Notes: a model not told the origin generated them from the sequence alone. A stretch of DNA of 64,000 nucleotides from Parcubacteria group bacterium Gr01-1014_20 (GCA_007376265.1 VMFW01000002.1:13970-77969); one strand, 5' to 3'. Positions 28,680 to 38,884 are shown, counted from the first letter of the stretch. Made by a program: numbers and translations.

Positions 28680-31600
28680 CTACCTAACGTTGACCTCGAA
28701 AATAATGCTCTTTACCCCTCCCCTCGCATTAGTAGCCGTCACTTGAATCGTTTTTATCCCAGCCTGACTGTAAATATGTCTTGGATCAGGCGTCACAAAA
28801 ACCCCACTGTCCCCGCTATAACTATTAGAGACTCCGTCTCCCCAATTTACAACGTAACTAATCGGACCATATCCCGTACTCACCGCTTTAACTCTCCAAG
28901 AACCTTGTTGATTGGGCGTTAGACTATTAGAACCGGTTATAGTCAATGTCGTTGGAGCTGGCGCATATAGACTTGCCTTCTCAAGCCAATTATCAGCTGT
29001 GTACCCAACTGGCGGGACGGTAGGGGGATTACCAGTCACATATCTAATCTTATACCAACAGTAGCCTCCTCCGAGCACGGGTCCCTCTAAAGCCTTTCCA
29101 GTTGTTCCCGCCCCCATACCCACGAGCGCGCTCCCAGTCGGAGAAGCTGTACTCCTCACAGTAATACCAGCAGTGGTAACGACATCCTCACCATAGGGAT
29201 AAACTGGATTAACCGTAAACCTTGCCGCACAAGCAGTCTTCACCGGAAAAGAAACATTAACCGCAAGACTGCGACTAGCCCGGAGCGCCCCAGAGTCAAC
29301 CGCTGTCACTCTGATTGTGTAGGGATCGTCCATTTTGTAAGTGTGCGTGATGTTCACAGCGACACCACTGTTTCCGGTGTAGGCGCTAAAATTTCCATCA
29401 CCCCAATCAACTTGATAGTTGAGTAAGCCTCCTTCTGCATCAGCTCCCGTAACTACCCAGTTCCCCTGCACTCCAACCCCGAGAGCGGTCGGTCCCGTCA
29501 GGCTAGCAACGGTTGGCGCTCCATTGGCTGCGCCCACTGTTACCGTTTTTGACTGAGTCGTCACCTGACCCACTTTTTGCCCCCTAACCGTCACCGAAAT
29601 ATTTTTCTGGCCAGTAGTCAAATACGTATGGGAGAAAGTTTTTGTCTCTCCACTTAACCAAATAGAGCCGGTCAGCAATGGACCGCCGTCGCCCCAATCA
29701 ACCGAATACGTCATCGTGGTCGAAGCCGTCGCCGTAACCTGCCAAGTTCCAAGTATGTTTGCTGGTAATGTGGTGGGTCCAGTAAAACTGGAGATTACAG
29801 GAACAGAAAGCGCCAAAACCTTAATATTGTACGTCTGCGTAGTTGATAGTTGCCCATCACTCACAGTAACCGTCATCACATAATCTCCCGGAGTTTTGTA
29901 CGTATGGATCGGGCCTTCAGTTGTAACACCACTCGAACCAATAATTCCGGTGCGGGTGGTGGAACTTCCGTCTCCAAAATCAATATTATAGGTAATCGTA
30001 ACCGTTGGAATATTTGGCGAGTTTGCCGTATCTCTCACCGAAAGCTGCCAGGAATTACTATCAAACACATACACTTGAGTCGGTCCAGCAATAGTCAGAA
30101 CAGGCGGCAAGTTAACAACCGTTGAGCTCACCATCACCACCAAGGATTCCGTATCCGAAAGTTGACCATCAGAAGCCGTTACGGTGATAGTGCGGCTCCC
30201 ACTCTGCGTGAAAGTGTGTTGGGCAGGTACACTTTGTCCGCTCGCAATATTCGGAAATGTCGAAGCAGCTGTCCCATCTCCCCAATTGAACGTATAACTT
30301 AGAGCCGTTCCGTCTGGGTCAACCGCTTTCGCCTGCCAAGTTGTATTTACGTTCACGGTCGCCTGATTCGGAGTCGTAAAAGGATCAAGCACCGGCGGAC
30401 GATTGGGGCCAGCGGCTCCTACCACACTAACTGAAAAACTTTCCGTGTCGGTTAACTGTCCATCCGAAACCGTCACGGTAAATGTTTTTGTTCCGGATTG
30501 AGTGTAGGTGTGAGAAATGCTGATCGCCTGTCCGCTCGCGCCTGTGTAGGTTGTGTTGCTCGTACCATCCCCCCAGTTCACATTGTACGCAAGAGCTGGA
30601 GAATCGGCATCGAGTGCCATCACTTGCCAAGAGCCGGATGTATTAACATTAATCGTGTTTACACCAGTCGGCACCCCCAAAACAGGCGCCTGATTTGGCG
30701 GCGGAGGGCAAACTACTATAAGTAGGAAGTTTTCTACCGACCAACCGTCATAATTACCCGGAAAATCCATTCTCCACCAAGTGTATCCATTCGCCGAAAC
30801 TGGTCCGTCAACAATTAACCCTTCGGTCCCTAGCGGCACTGTTCCCACCACCGTCGCTCCGGTTGAAGCCGACACCCGCACATTCAAGTTAGCTGCTGTT
30901 CGAACAGTACAACCTCTCGCAAAACCTCCCACTGTGCCGCCACCACCAGCCTGATTCAGTCCTCCAGAACCACCTTGAGTTGTGATGGTAAACGTTCGGC
31001 TTGTGCTGTTTATTCCTCCCGCCTCAACATTCCCAGCGTAAATCGCAATTGCAAAACTAGTTCCTTCCAATATTTGGCCGTTAAACTCCTGCGGAACTGT
31101 CCATACGTAAACTCCATCATTCGGTTCGTCTTGAGCCAAAAGTCCAACTCCGGCCAGGTAAATATGTACTCTCGTTACACTCGATGGTGCCGTCCACCTA
31201 ATTGTAATCGGCTCTCCTGGATGCCATATGTCACCCGCCGCTGGAGAAATAATAGTAATCGCTCCGCCCACAGACTGATTCCCACCCGAAACTAATTCCA
31301 GCCAATAAACTCCTCCACCCGCCTCTGCCGACCAACCCCTCGGACCGCCATCATAATCTATTCGCCACCAGCAATAACCAACCGTCGCGCCAGGACCTCC
31401 AATAATAGTCCCCATCGCTCCATTCGCTTTGTTACCTAAAATCGTCCCGTTCGGAGTTTCTCTAACTCTTAAGTCCTGCTCGGCGCTCGTATTCACCACT
31501 CGCACCCTATCCCCAATTTGAAATCGCGTACTGCACGGCGCGGCCACCTGCGTGGTGAGAACTGATTCAGCCGAAAGCCCACCACCATCTGTCACGGTAA

Positions 31601-34040
31601 GCTTGATATTGAAACTCCCGACTTGAGCGTAAGCGTGAGAGAGTTCTTGAGTCACCGAGGCTCCAGTGATTGCAACTGGTGCTACAGCGCTACCATCGCC
31701 CCAATCAACTTTGTATGAAGCTAGCGCCCCTTCTAAGTCAGTCGCCTGAAATCGCCAAGTGTTTGGAATATTTGTAAATGAACTGGTTGAACCATTGAAA
31801 CTCACGATGGTTGGCGGTTGATTGCCCCGCCCATACTTACATCTATACCCCACCCATCTAAACGGGGGGGCATCGGAAATGGCTTGGCAGTTCCAGGCAC
31901 CACCGGTTGCGGCCGCCATGCCTGCGGCGTCGAGAGAATTTCGAGCCGGCTCACTCGGTATCGAGACCTGCCCATTCTCAACAAAGTAATAATAGGCTTC
32001 TGTAAAAACGCTTCCCTGACTCGGCTGGATTTTCCTCCCCAAGATGTTATCCCCTGTAAACGCCCACTCGCCAGTTAAGTGTCCGATTGAACTTAAGTAG
32101 TCCATCACCGACCACCCATCTGGCCCGTAATCGTAATTAACTTTGACCCAAGTGTAACCACCAACGGTTTGCGGTGCTTCTATCACCACTCCCTTAGCCG
32201 GCGCAAACTGCCTAAACCCAGAATACAAAATGTCCTTGTATTGAGTGCCTAAAACGTAACTGCCATTTGCCTCCACTCGAACATTTACGTTCGCCGTAAC
32301 CACCACTCTATCGCCCACCCCAATCGGACCCCCTCCACCCTGGGCTGTCACCGTAACCGTAAACGGGTATTGAGCGCTTAAACCGGCGGCGTCCTTAACC
32401 CTAAACATCAAAGAATAGGTCCCCGCCACTGTAAACGTATGCGTCAAAGCCGCCACCGTTCCGGCTGGAGTCGCGCTTCCATCTCCCCAGGTCGCCTCGT
32501 ATGTCAACACATCCCCAGTCGCGTCTATTGCTACTATCGTCCAGGTCCCACCCTGCCCAACATTCAAACTGGTCGGCCCGTCCACTCGAGAAATCACTGG
32601 CGGTTGATTGTTGTCCCCGCCAGGAACTGGGTCACCAATCGTGAACTGATTACTTAAAATAGTATTCGGTGAGCTTGTGTCTCTCCGATTAACCGTCGCC
32701 TTTATTTTATAAGTGCCATTTGCAATCGTAGTCGGAATTACCCAGCTAAAATCTCCTCCCCCCTGAATACTGACTGGGATATTGTCTTTAACAATCGCGA
32801 TGCTGTTCAAATTGTTTCCATTCGCATCAACTAAAATTAGCGATACCTCGCTCACGTTCCAAGCCGTTGGAGTATTCCACCCAATTCGATGAGTTTGACC
32901 CTTAGCCCAACTCTCTCCGCCTACGGGAGAGGAAAAACTACCCTCCCCTGTGGGTGTTGATGTCGGATTTCCGCCGGGCGGCGCCGTACCAGAAATCCTG
33001 AAAGCGCCACTAATAGAGTTTCGATCGCTTCCATTCCCGCTGTAATCGGCCGTCGCCTTAACCACGTACAAACCATCTTTAACATCCGAGGCGATCATCC
33101 AACTCGAACCAGTCGTATAGCCACCACTATTATTCCCTGGATTAACCTCGCTTCCTTTTGTGATGATCACCCTCTCGGTAGGAGCAGTAGTTGAATCGTT
33201 ATACGGACCAGCCAACTTCGCAGTTAATCCAACCGGAGCGTAATATTGATAGACCGGCAATGTACCCCAGCTAACGGGCAAATTCGTTCCTTTTTGATAA
33301 GTCGCCCCACCGGATGGTTGAGATAATGTGAAATCTCCTCCCGCGCTTGGCGGCGGAACGTTAGTGTTGCTCGGCAAAGTAACTTTTGCCAACCACATGG
33401 TTCCATCAGTCGCCGCCTCCGCTGACCAACCGATTAAATCCGTACAACTCGTAATCCCATTGGGACAATAACGCCCCCAATTAATCTTCCACCAAATATA
33501 ACCATCCTGATAATAAGGCCCTTCCTCAATCACTTTCCCACCTAAAATAAACGGCCCGTCCAAAACCTTTCCCTTATTACCCACGTAAATGGTAGTAATG
33601 ACATTATCAACACGGTTAAGTCCCTCGTAAACTTGAGATAAAATAGACGGCTGTCTTCTCACCCTCAAGGTATCCGATAAAACCTCAACCTCATCGTCCT
33701 TCACAAATCTAGGTTGAAGTTTAGAAATTCCAGATTCGGCCACCCATCCGTCTGGGTTCTCGTCAAAATCGACATTCCAATACCAAACATTTCCGCTATT
33801 ACTCGGACCAGCAATCACTGTTCCAATCGAACGATTGGGCTGGCTACCTAAATCAGCGCTAGTCGCCGTCGGAAACTCCTTAACCTTCAGGTTGGCGTTA
33901 GGCGCTGCTACCACTTGAACTCTATCGTCAATCGAAAACGTTGTGTTTGGTAGAACTTGTGCCTCAGCCATCCCGAGAAACCAAGGCGTCGACCCGAACA
34001 AAAACCCCGCTAAAACCGCAAAAACAATTGCTTTTTTCAT
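28680..34040 (-). CDS. Giant secreted surface protein (1786 aa): ~6 SH3b-like, ~8 PKD and Ig-like domains
   Basis: Signal peptide; repeated L.VR..G.V..GP...G..WW...GWSA and (W/F)GDG..HT(Y/F) modules. Confidence 0.9.
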   Translation of the reverse strand: MKKAIVFAVLAGFLFGSTPWFLGMAEAQVLPNTTFSIDDRVQVVAAPNANLKVKEFPTATSADLGSQPNRSIGTVIAGPSNSGNVWYWNVDFDENPDGWVAESGISKLQPRFVKDDEVEVLSDTLRVRRQPSILSQVYEGLNRVDNVITTIYVGNKGKVLDGPFILGGKVIEEGPYYQDGYIWWKINWGRYCPNGITSCTDLIGWSAEAATDGTMWLAKVTLPSNTNVPPPSAGGDFTLSQPSGGATYQKGTNLPVSWGTLPVYQYYAPVGLTAKLAGPYNDSTTAPTERVIITKGSEVNPGNNSGGYTTGSSWMIASDVKDGLYVVKATADYSGNGSDRNSISGAFRISGTAPPGGNPTSTPTGEGSFSSPVGGESWAKGQTHRIGWNTPTAWNVSEVSLILVDANGNNLNSIAIVKDNIPVSIQGGGDFSWVIPTTIANGTYKIKATVNRRDTSSPNTILSNQFTIGDPVPGGDNNQPPVISRVDGPTSLNVGQGGTWTIVAIDATGDVLTYEATWGDGSATPAGTVAALTHTFTVAGTYSLMFRVKDAAGLSAQYPFTVTVTAQGGGGPIGVGDRVVVTANVNVRVEANGSYVLGTQYKDILYSGFRQFAPAKGVVIEAPQTVGGYTWVKVNYDYGPDGWSVMDYLSSIGHLTGEWAFTGDNILGRKIQPSQGSVFTEAYYYFVENGQVSIPSEPARNSLDAAGMAAATGGAWNCQAISDAPPFRWVGYRCKYGRGNQPPTIVSFNGSTSSFTNIPNTWRFQATDLEGALASYKVDWGDGSAVAPVAITGASVTQELSHAYAQVGSFNIKLTVTDGGGLSAESVLTTQVAAPCSTRFQIGDRVRVVNTSAEQDLRVRETPNGTILGNKANGAMGTIIGGPGATVGYCWWRIDYDGGPRGWSAEAGGGVYWLELVSGGNQSVGGAITIISPAAGDIWHPGEPITIRWTAPSSVTRVHIYLAGVGLLAQDEPNDGVYVWTVPQEFNGQILEGTSFAIAIYAGNVEAGGINSTSRTFTITTQGGSGGLNQAGGGGTVGGFARGCTVRTAANLNVRVSASTGATVVGTVPLGTEGLIVDGPVSANGYTWWRMDFPGNYDGWSVENFLLIVVCPPPPNQAPVLGVPTGVNTINVNTSGSWQVMALDADSPALAYNVNWGDGTSNTTYTGASGQAISISHTYTQSGTKTFTVTVSDGQLTDTESFSVSVVGAAGPNRPPVLDPFTTPNQATVNVNTTWQAKAVDPDGTALSYTFNWGDGTAASTFPNIASGQSVPAQHTFTQSGSRTITVTASDGQLSDTESLVVMVSSTVVNLPPVLTIAGPTQVYVFDSNSWQLSVRDTANSPNIPTVTITYNIDFGDGSSTTRTGIIGSSGVTTEGPIHTYKTPGDYVMTVTVSDGQLSTTQTYNIKVLALSVPVISSFTGPTTLPANILGTWQVTATASTTMTYSVDWGDGGPLLTGSIWLSGETKTFSHTYLTTGQKNISVTVRGQKVGQVTTQSKTVTVGAANGAPTVASLTGPTALGVGVQGNWVVTGADAEGGLLNYQVDWGDGNFSAYTGNSGVAVNITHTYKMDDPYTIRVTAVDSGALRASRSLAVNVSFPVKTACAARFTVNPVYPYGEDVVTTAGITVRSTASPTGSALVGMGAGTTGKALEGPVLGGGYCWYKIRYVTGNPPTVPPVGYTADNWLEKASLYAPAPTTLTITGSNSLTPNQQGSWRVKAVSTGYGPISYVVNWGDGVSNSYSGDSGVFVTPDPRHIYSQAGIKTIQVTATNARGGVKSIIFEVNVR

Positions 34041-34169
34041 GTATAAATTATTAAAAAGACCTTTCTTCTATTATATACGTCTAAAAAGTCAAAGGTAATA
34101 CTCCTTATCCCCAACTAAAAACCAAAATTCCCTCGCCAAAAGCGAGGGAATAAACTTCAAACCCGACTC

Positions 34170-35513
34170 CTATCTAACTATATTATCCAACTGAGCCAGC
34201 ATTTGAACCAGCTGATTTCTAACAGAATCCAAAATCACCAACATCGTCGCTAATTCTGAATTTGAATCACTCTCGTTTATCACCCCCAACTCTGAACCAG
34301 ATGAGTTTTCAATCATCGCCGAACCTGACCTTTGCACAAGCCAGTTTTCCGCCGACCAACCCAAAAAACCATCAGCCCATATTATCTTCCACCAAACATA
34401 CCCATCCCCTATCGCTGGGCCTTCAACCACCCTCCCTCTTGCTCCACCTTTTTCCTGAGTAACAACTTCCCCTCCCTTGGTTTTCGGTAAAGATCTCACA
34501 AAAAGACCATTGACACCAGCCACCACTTCAACTGAATCACCGGCATTAAATTTCACTTTCTCTGGGCCAACAGTCACCTGAAAAGTTTCAATATCAGATA
34601 ATTGTCCATCAGAAACAGTAACTTTAAAGGTGTAAGCCCCTCCTTTGGAGTAAATATGACCAACCGCAGCGCTTCTTCCAAGACCTGCCTGTCCAAGATC
34701 AATTGATTTTCCATCTCCAAAATCCACCCAAAAATTCACGGATCCGGACTCAGACCCAGGGTCGGTTACTGACAAACCCCAACCTCCTTTTTCATTTATC
34801 CTGAGACTCCTGGGCCCAGTAATTTCCCCCAAAATTGGAGCATAATTTTTTGGAGGTTCCACAGTTCCACCTGGCCTAACCGCAACATTAACTATCAAGG
34901 ATTTCGAATCTTTTAATTGCCCGTCTGAAACCGTAACGGTGATAGTCTTGTTCCCAACTTCAGTATAGGTATGAGTTATAAAAAACGAATTTCCACTTTC
35001 TCTTTGATATGTCGAGTTAGGAGTTCCATCTCCCCAGGCCACCGTGTAACTCAAATTTTTTGAGTCACTGTCAGTCGCTAAAACTGTCCAGGATTCGGTC
35101 GAACGCAGGGCAATACTAGCTCTTCCCGAAATCGCTGACAAAACAGGAGCTGCCGGTGTATTCGGCGTAGCTATTGGGGGGAGCGGAGGAGTTGTTGTCG
35201 ACGTAGTATTGGATGGAGTAGTTGTTTGGGTAACAGCTTTCATTAAATAACCTCCCGCCGACCATCCCTCCAAACCAATATCCCATCTGACTTTCCACCA
35301 ACCAGAAGTCGGCCCGCCAATCACCGTTCCCAAATAACCCGGCCAAACCGATCCCAAAGCCGTTTGAGACGTCCCCGCTATTGGCCTCACATTTAGATTA
35401 TTCCCATTTGCTGTCACCTTCACCCTTTCTCCGGCCACAAACTGTGCCTGTACGGACGACACAACTGCAAAAAATGCGAACCCCACTAAACCAATAAATA
35501 AAAACTTCTTCAT
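34170..35513 (-). CDS. Secreted surface protein: 2 SH3b-like + 2 PKD domains
   Basis: Same module types as its neighbour; C-terminal amphipathic helix; terminator TTCCCTCGC..GCGAGGGAA at ~34128-34150. Confidence 0.85.
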   Translation of the reverse strand: MKKFLFIGLVGFAFFAVVSSVQAQFVAGERVKVTANGNNLNVRPIAGTSQTALGSVWPGYLGTVIGGPTSGWWKVRWDIGLEGWSAGGYLMKAVTQTTTPSNTTSTTTPPLPPIATPNTPAAPVLSAISGRASIALRSTESWTVLATDSDSKNLSYTVAWGDGTPNSTYQRESGNSFFITHTYTEVGNKTITVTVSDGQLKDSKSLIVNVAVRPGGTVEPPKNYAPILGEITGPRSLRINEKGGWGLSVTDPGSESGSVNFWVDFGDGKSIDLGQAGLGRSAAVGHIYSKGGAYTFKVTVSDGQLSDIETFQVTVGPEKVKFNAGDSVEVVAGVNGLFVRSLPKTKGGEVVTQEKGGARGRVVEGPAIGDGYVWWKIIWADGFLGWSAENWLVQRSGSAMIENSSGSELGVINESDSNSELATMLVILDSVRNQLVQMLAQLDNIVR

Positions 35514-35563
35514 CTTTATTTTTGTTTTTAAAAGATTGCCACCGACCAGTGGCTAATGAAAAC

Positions 35564-36577
35564 TTATAGTTTCGAAACCGCTGCCACGTGCCTTACAAGC
35601 GTCGAAACATACCCGGCCTCATTGTCATACCAAGAAAGAACTTTCACTAAATCGCCATCAATCACTTTGGTGAAATTTAAGTCCACAATCGCTCCGTAAG
35701 GCATCCCCAAAATATCTGATGAAACGAGTTGTTCTCGCGTTACCTTCATAATTCCTTGCCACCTGTAAGAATGAGCGGCATTCGTTAAAATCTCATTTAT
35801 CTCCTCTACTGTTGTTTTTCTTTTTGCCAAAAAGGTAATGTCCGCAATCGATCCTGCCACCACCGGCACCCGAAAAGCCACCCCGTCAAACTTCCCTCCC
35901 AGTTCTTTGATTGCTCTTGTCACCGAAATCGCCGCGCCAGTCGTCGAAGGCGTAATGTTTTGCGCCGCCGCTCGCCCTCGCCTAAAATCACTCCCCTTGA
36001 CCGGCCCATCCACGATTGATTGGGTCGCGGTGTAGCCATGAACCGTACTTAAGATGGCTTTCACGATTCCCGGATTTTCGGATAAAACCTGAATCACCGG
36101 CGAGGCGGCGTTCGTTGTACACGACCCATTCGAAGTCAAAGCTACGCCACCCAACTCGCCCTCATTCACTCCCATCAAAACGGTTTTTCCCAAAGTTCCG
36201 TCTTCATCTTTCGCCGGCGCCGTGATTACCACCCGCTTTGCCCCGGCGTCAATGTGCACCTTAGCTTTTTCGTAAGACTCAAAAACTCCCGTTGCTTCAA
36301 TGACAACATCAATCCCCAAACTTTTCCATGGTAACTGTGTCGCATCTTTAATTTGCGTAAACTGAATCTCTTCGCCATCGGCCACCAACTTTCCATCCTT
36401 AACTTGAACCTCTTTATCCCAAGTTCCATAAACCGTGTCGTACTTTAATAAGTAAGCCAGATTCTCCAAATCCCCTAAGTCATTTATCGCCACCACCTCA
36501 AAATCTTTATTATCTAGAGAAGAACGCAAAAACAACCTCCCAATCCTCCCAAAACCATTAATAGCTACTTTCTTCAT
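35564..36577 (-). CDS. gap: Glyceraldehyde-3-phosphate dehydrogenase
   Basis: INGFGRIGR, SNGSCTTN, PSTTGAA, SWYDNE.GY. Confidence 0.96.
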   Translation of the reverse strand: MKKVAINGFGRIGRLFLRSSLDNKDFEVVAINDLGDLENLAYLLKYDTVYGTWDKEVQVKDGKLVADGEEIQFTQIKDATQLPWKSLGIDVVIEATGVFESYEKAKVHIDAGAKRVVITAPAKDEDGTLGKTVLMGVNEGELGGVALTSNGSCTTNAASPVIQVLSENPGIVKAILSTVHGYTATQSIVDGPVKGSDFRRGRAAAQNITPSTTGAAISVTRAIKELGGKFDGVAFRVPVVAGSIADITFLAKRKTTVEEINEILTNAAHSYRWQGIMKVTREQLVSSDILGMPYGAIVDLNFTKVIDGDLVKVLSWYDNEAGYVSTLVRHVAAVSKL

Positions 36578-36635
36578 ACTTCTATTATATAAGAAGAAAA
36601 CTTTCTCTCGAAACTAAACTTGTCCCCAATGTCAC

Positions 36636-37910
36636 TCAACTACCAGAGTCATTCTTTGCAAATCTAATTAAATGAGAATATTTAGGATAGGCCTCCTTAA
36701 AACCCTCCATCCCAAACTCATCTTCTGGGTAATTAACGATAATCTCTTTAATATACGACATATCAATTCCTCCTAATACCTGCGCTTCAATATATTGAAC
36801 CGCCTTAGCTCCAGGCAACTCGTCTTCCCTACCCTTACCATAGTGGGGTTTTTCCAACTCTCGACTTAGATTATAAATCGCTTTCGCAATTTGAGCATGA
36901 TCTCTATTTAGCAATCTATGCTCAAGGCCATGCCTATCTGACTGATTTTCTTTTCCTCGTATTGCATCAATCATTCCCATCGGATTCATTGAATCACCCT
37001 CGGTAAAAATTACTCGGTCTCTCAGTTTGCTATCTTCAAGAACTAACACTAATTCCCCATACTGCGGCGCCGCCCCTCTCTCCAAACTCCAATCGCTTCC
37101 TCCTGCCAAAGCCGCATAAACCGGTTTATTTCCTGTCTTCGGGTAAATCCCCAACAACTCTTCAGATGCTTTTCTTTTATCCTCATAACTATCAACTTTA
37201 AACCCAAATATTCCAGGAATAACTGGTCCCTCCTTTCTCATCTTTGATCTCACTTCTTCTGATTGTTCAGTCATGGGTAAAATTTTACCTGTTTCAAAGA
37301 TTTTTTCTAAAGAATCAAAATCGACATTGTAAGTTAAGACTGACTTTTCTTTAATTTTAGCCAACTCTTTAGAAAGCTTAGTGACAACCTCTTCTTTATC
37401 AAAAACAATTCTATTTTCTCCCAAGTATTCCCTAGGGAACAAAGCATCGACCCTACTCTTTACCTCCCTTCCATTCTCCCAATCAGATAAGGGTCTGTTC
37501 TTACTATCAATCTTCTCACCTTCAATACTAGTTCGACCTCCCTCTTCTTGCCAAAAATCGCTCCAAACTTTTTCCTCGGCCTCCTTTCTTTCCGTTCTCA
37601 TTTTTTCATGATCATATATTCCATTCTTGCAATAGAAATCTAAAAACATCCTGATTGAGTCTCGAATATTCGAAAAAGAAGTTCTATCAACTTTATCCAT
37701 CAACTCTTGATTATCTTGATGCTCAACAGTTTCAAGATACTTTTTTTCATCCTCAAGGGTTACTCCGAGATTAGTAAAAACTTCTTTTTCTAAAAAACTT
37801 TCAAAATCTAAGTCTGTATTTTCTTTCTTAGATTCAAGAACCTCACCTCGAACGGGAACTTGCTCGCTCTGCTCCTCTATATCCCCGCTCGGAAAACTTT
37901 CAAAACCCAT
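36636..37910 (-). CDS. DUF3626-like protein (possible ADP-ribosyltransferase-like fold)
   Basis: R...E..L.G..P.YAAL..GAAPQYG..L.L..FT.GDS..YIEAQV.GGI; acidic MGFE N-terminus; AT-richer than its neighbours. Confidence 0.65.
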   Translation of the reverse strand: MGFESFPSGDIEEQSEQVPVRGEVLESKKENTDLDFESFLEKEVFTNLGVTLEDEKKYLETVEHQDNQELMDKVDRTSFSNIRDSIRMFLDFYCKNGIYDHEKMRTERKEAEEKVWSDFWQEEGGRTSIEGEKIDSKNRPLSDWENGREVKSRVDALFPREYLGENRIVFDKEEVVTKLSKELAKIKEKSVLTYNVDFDSLEKIFETGKILPMTEQSEEVRSKMRKEGPVIPGIFGFKVDSYEDKRKASEELLGIYPKTGNKPVYAALAGGSDWSLERGAAPQYGELVLVLEDSKLRDRVIFTEGDSMNPMGMIDAIRGKENQSDRHGLEHRLLNRDHAQIAKAIYNLSRELEKPHYGKGREDELPGAKAVQYIEAQVLGGIDMSYIKEIIVNYPEDEFGMEGFKEAYPKYSHLIRFAKNDSGS

Positions 37911-37911
37911 A

Positions 37912-38379
37912 TTACTTATTTAAGTACACCGAATCGCCGACCTTAAATCCATACTTCGCCACCGTCCCCGCGTTTACCTCGAGCACCCGATCCACCGCTT
38001 CCGGCGGGTAATAAGTTTTTAAACCAAAAACCGACTTCTCCGGCTCCGGTTTTGCATTTTCTTGAAACCCCACAATCCGCTCACCCTTGATCCAAATAAT
38101 ATCAATCGCAAACTTCATGTCCTTCATCCAAAACCCATGATTTCCCGGCGAGTCAAAAACAAAAAACATCCCCTCGCTATCCTCCAGTTTTTCCCGCCCC
38201 GAAAGCCCTTGCGACCGACTCATCATGGTATCTGCCACATCCACGCTAAAAGTTTGATCATTAATCCTCACCTCCCCTTTCCCAAGGTTAGCTTTCCCTT
38301 TAAAACCAAAAAACCAGCCCCCGACCACCACCAAAACCACAATTGTAATTAGAGACCAAATCAATTTTCTATTTCTCAT
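37912..38379 (-). CDS. DUF192 family protein
   Basis: TM anchor; VADT..R..GLS.R..GM.FVF..FWMKDM.F.IDIIWI..VLEVNAG. Confidence 0.9.
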   Translation of the reverse strand: MRNRKLIWSLITIVVLVVVGGWFFGFKGKANLGKGEVRINDQTFSVDVADTMMSRSQGLSGREKLEDSEGMFFVFDSPGNHGFWMKDMKFAIDIIWIKGERIVGFQENAKPEPEKSVFGLKTYYPPEAVDRVLEVNAGTVAKYGFKVGDSVYLNK

Positions 38380-38873
38380 TATCTTTCTACTAGTAAATTA
38401 TACACCACAATCCCCGCCGCGACCGATACATTCAAAGACTCTTTCTTCCCTCGCATCGGAATCTCCAAAATTTTGTCGCACTTATCCAAAACCAATTTCG
38501 GCAACCCTTTGGTTTCTTCGCCAAGAACGAGAGCTATTTTCTTATTCTTAACTTGTCTCTTGTCTCTACTTAACTTGTAACTATAGTACGGCACCGATCG
38601 CTTATCCTGCTCCACTGCCAAAATATCGTATTCATCAGACTTCAACTCTTTTAACAATAAACTTGTCCCTTGTCTCTTTTCCCATGTCACTGTTCGCTCT
38701 GCCCCGAGCGCCACCTTCGCAAAATCCGCCCGAAATTTCTTAAATCGATCCAAAGGTGTCGGCGTCACCCCCACCAAATAAATCTTCGAAACTCCCGCCC
38801 CATCGGCAGTTCTGAATATCGAAGCTACATTATATACACTCCGAATATTATGGAGGATGAGTGTTAAATTCAT
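38379..38873 (-). CDS. TrmH/SpoU family RNA methyltransferase
   Basis: HNIRS.YNV.SIFRTAD, LVLGEE..GL, IPM.G.KESLNVSVA. Confidence 0.92.
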   Translation of the reverse strand: MNLTLILHNIRSVYNVASIFRTADGAGVSKIYLVGVTPTPLDRFKKFRADFAKVALGAERTVTWEKRQGTSLLLKELKSDEYDILAVEQDKRSVPYYSYKLSRDKRQVKNKKIALVLGEETKGLPKLVLDKCDKILEIPMRGKKESLNVSVAAGIVVYNLLVER

Positions 38874-38884
38874 GCTTGATTTGT

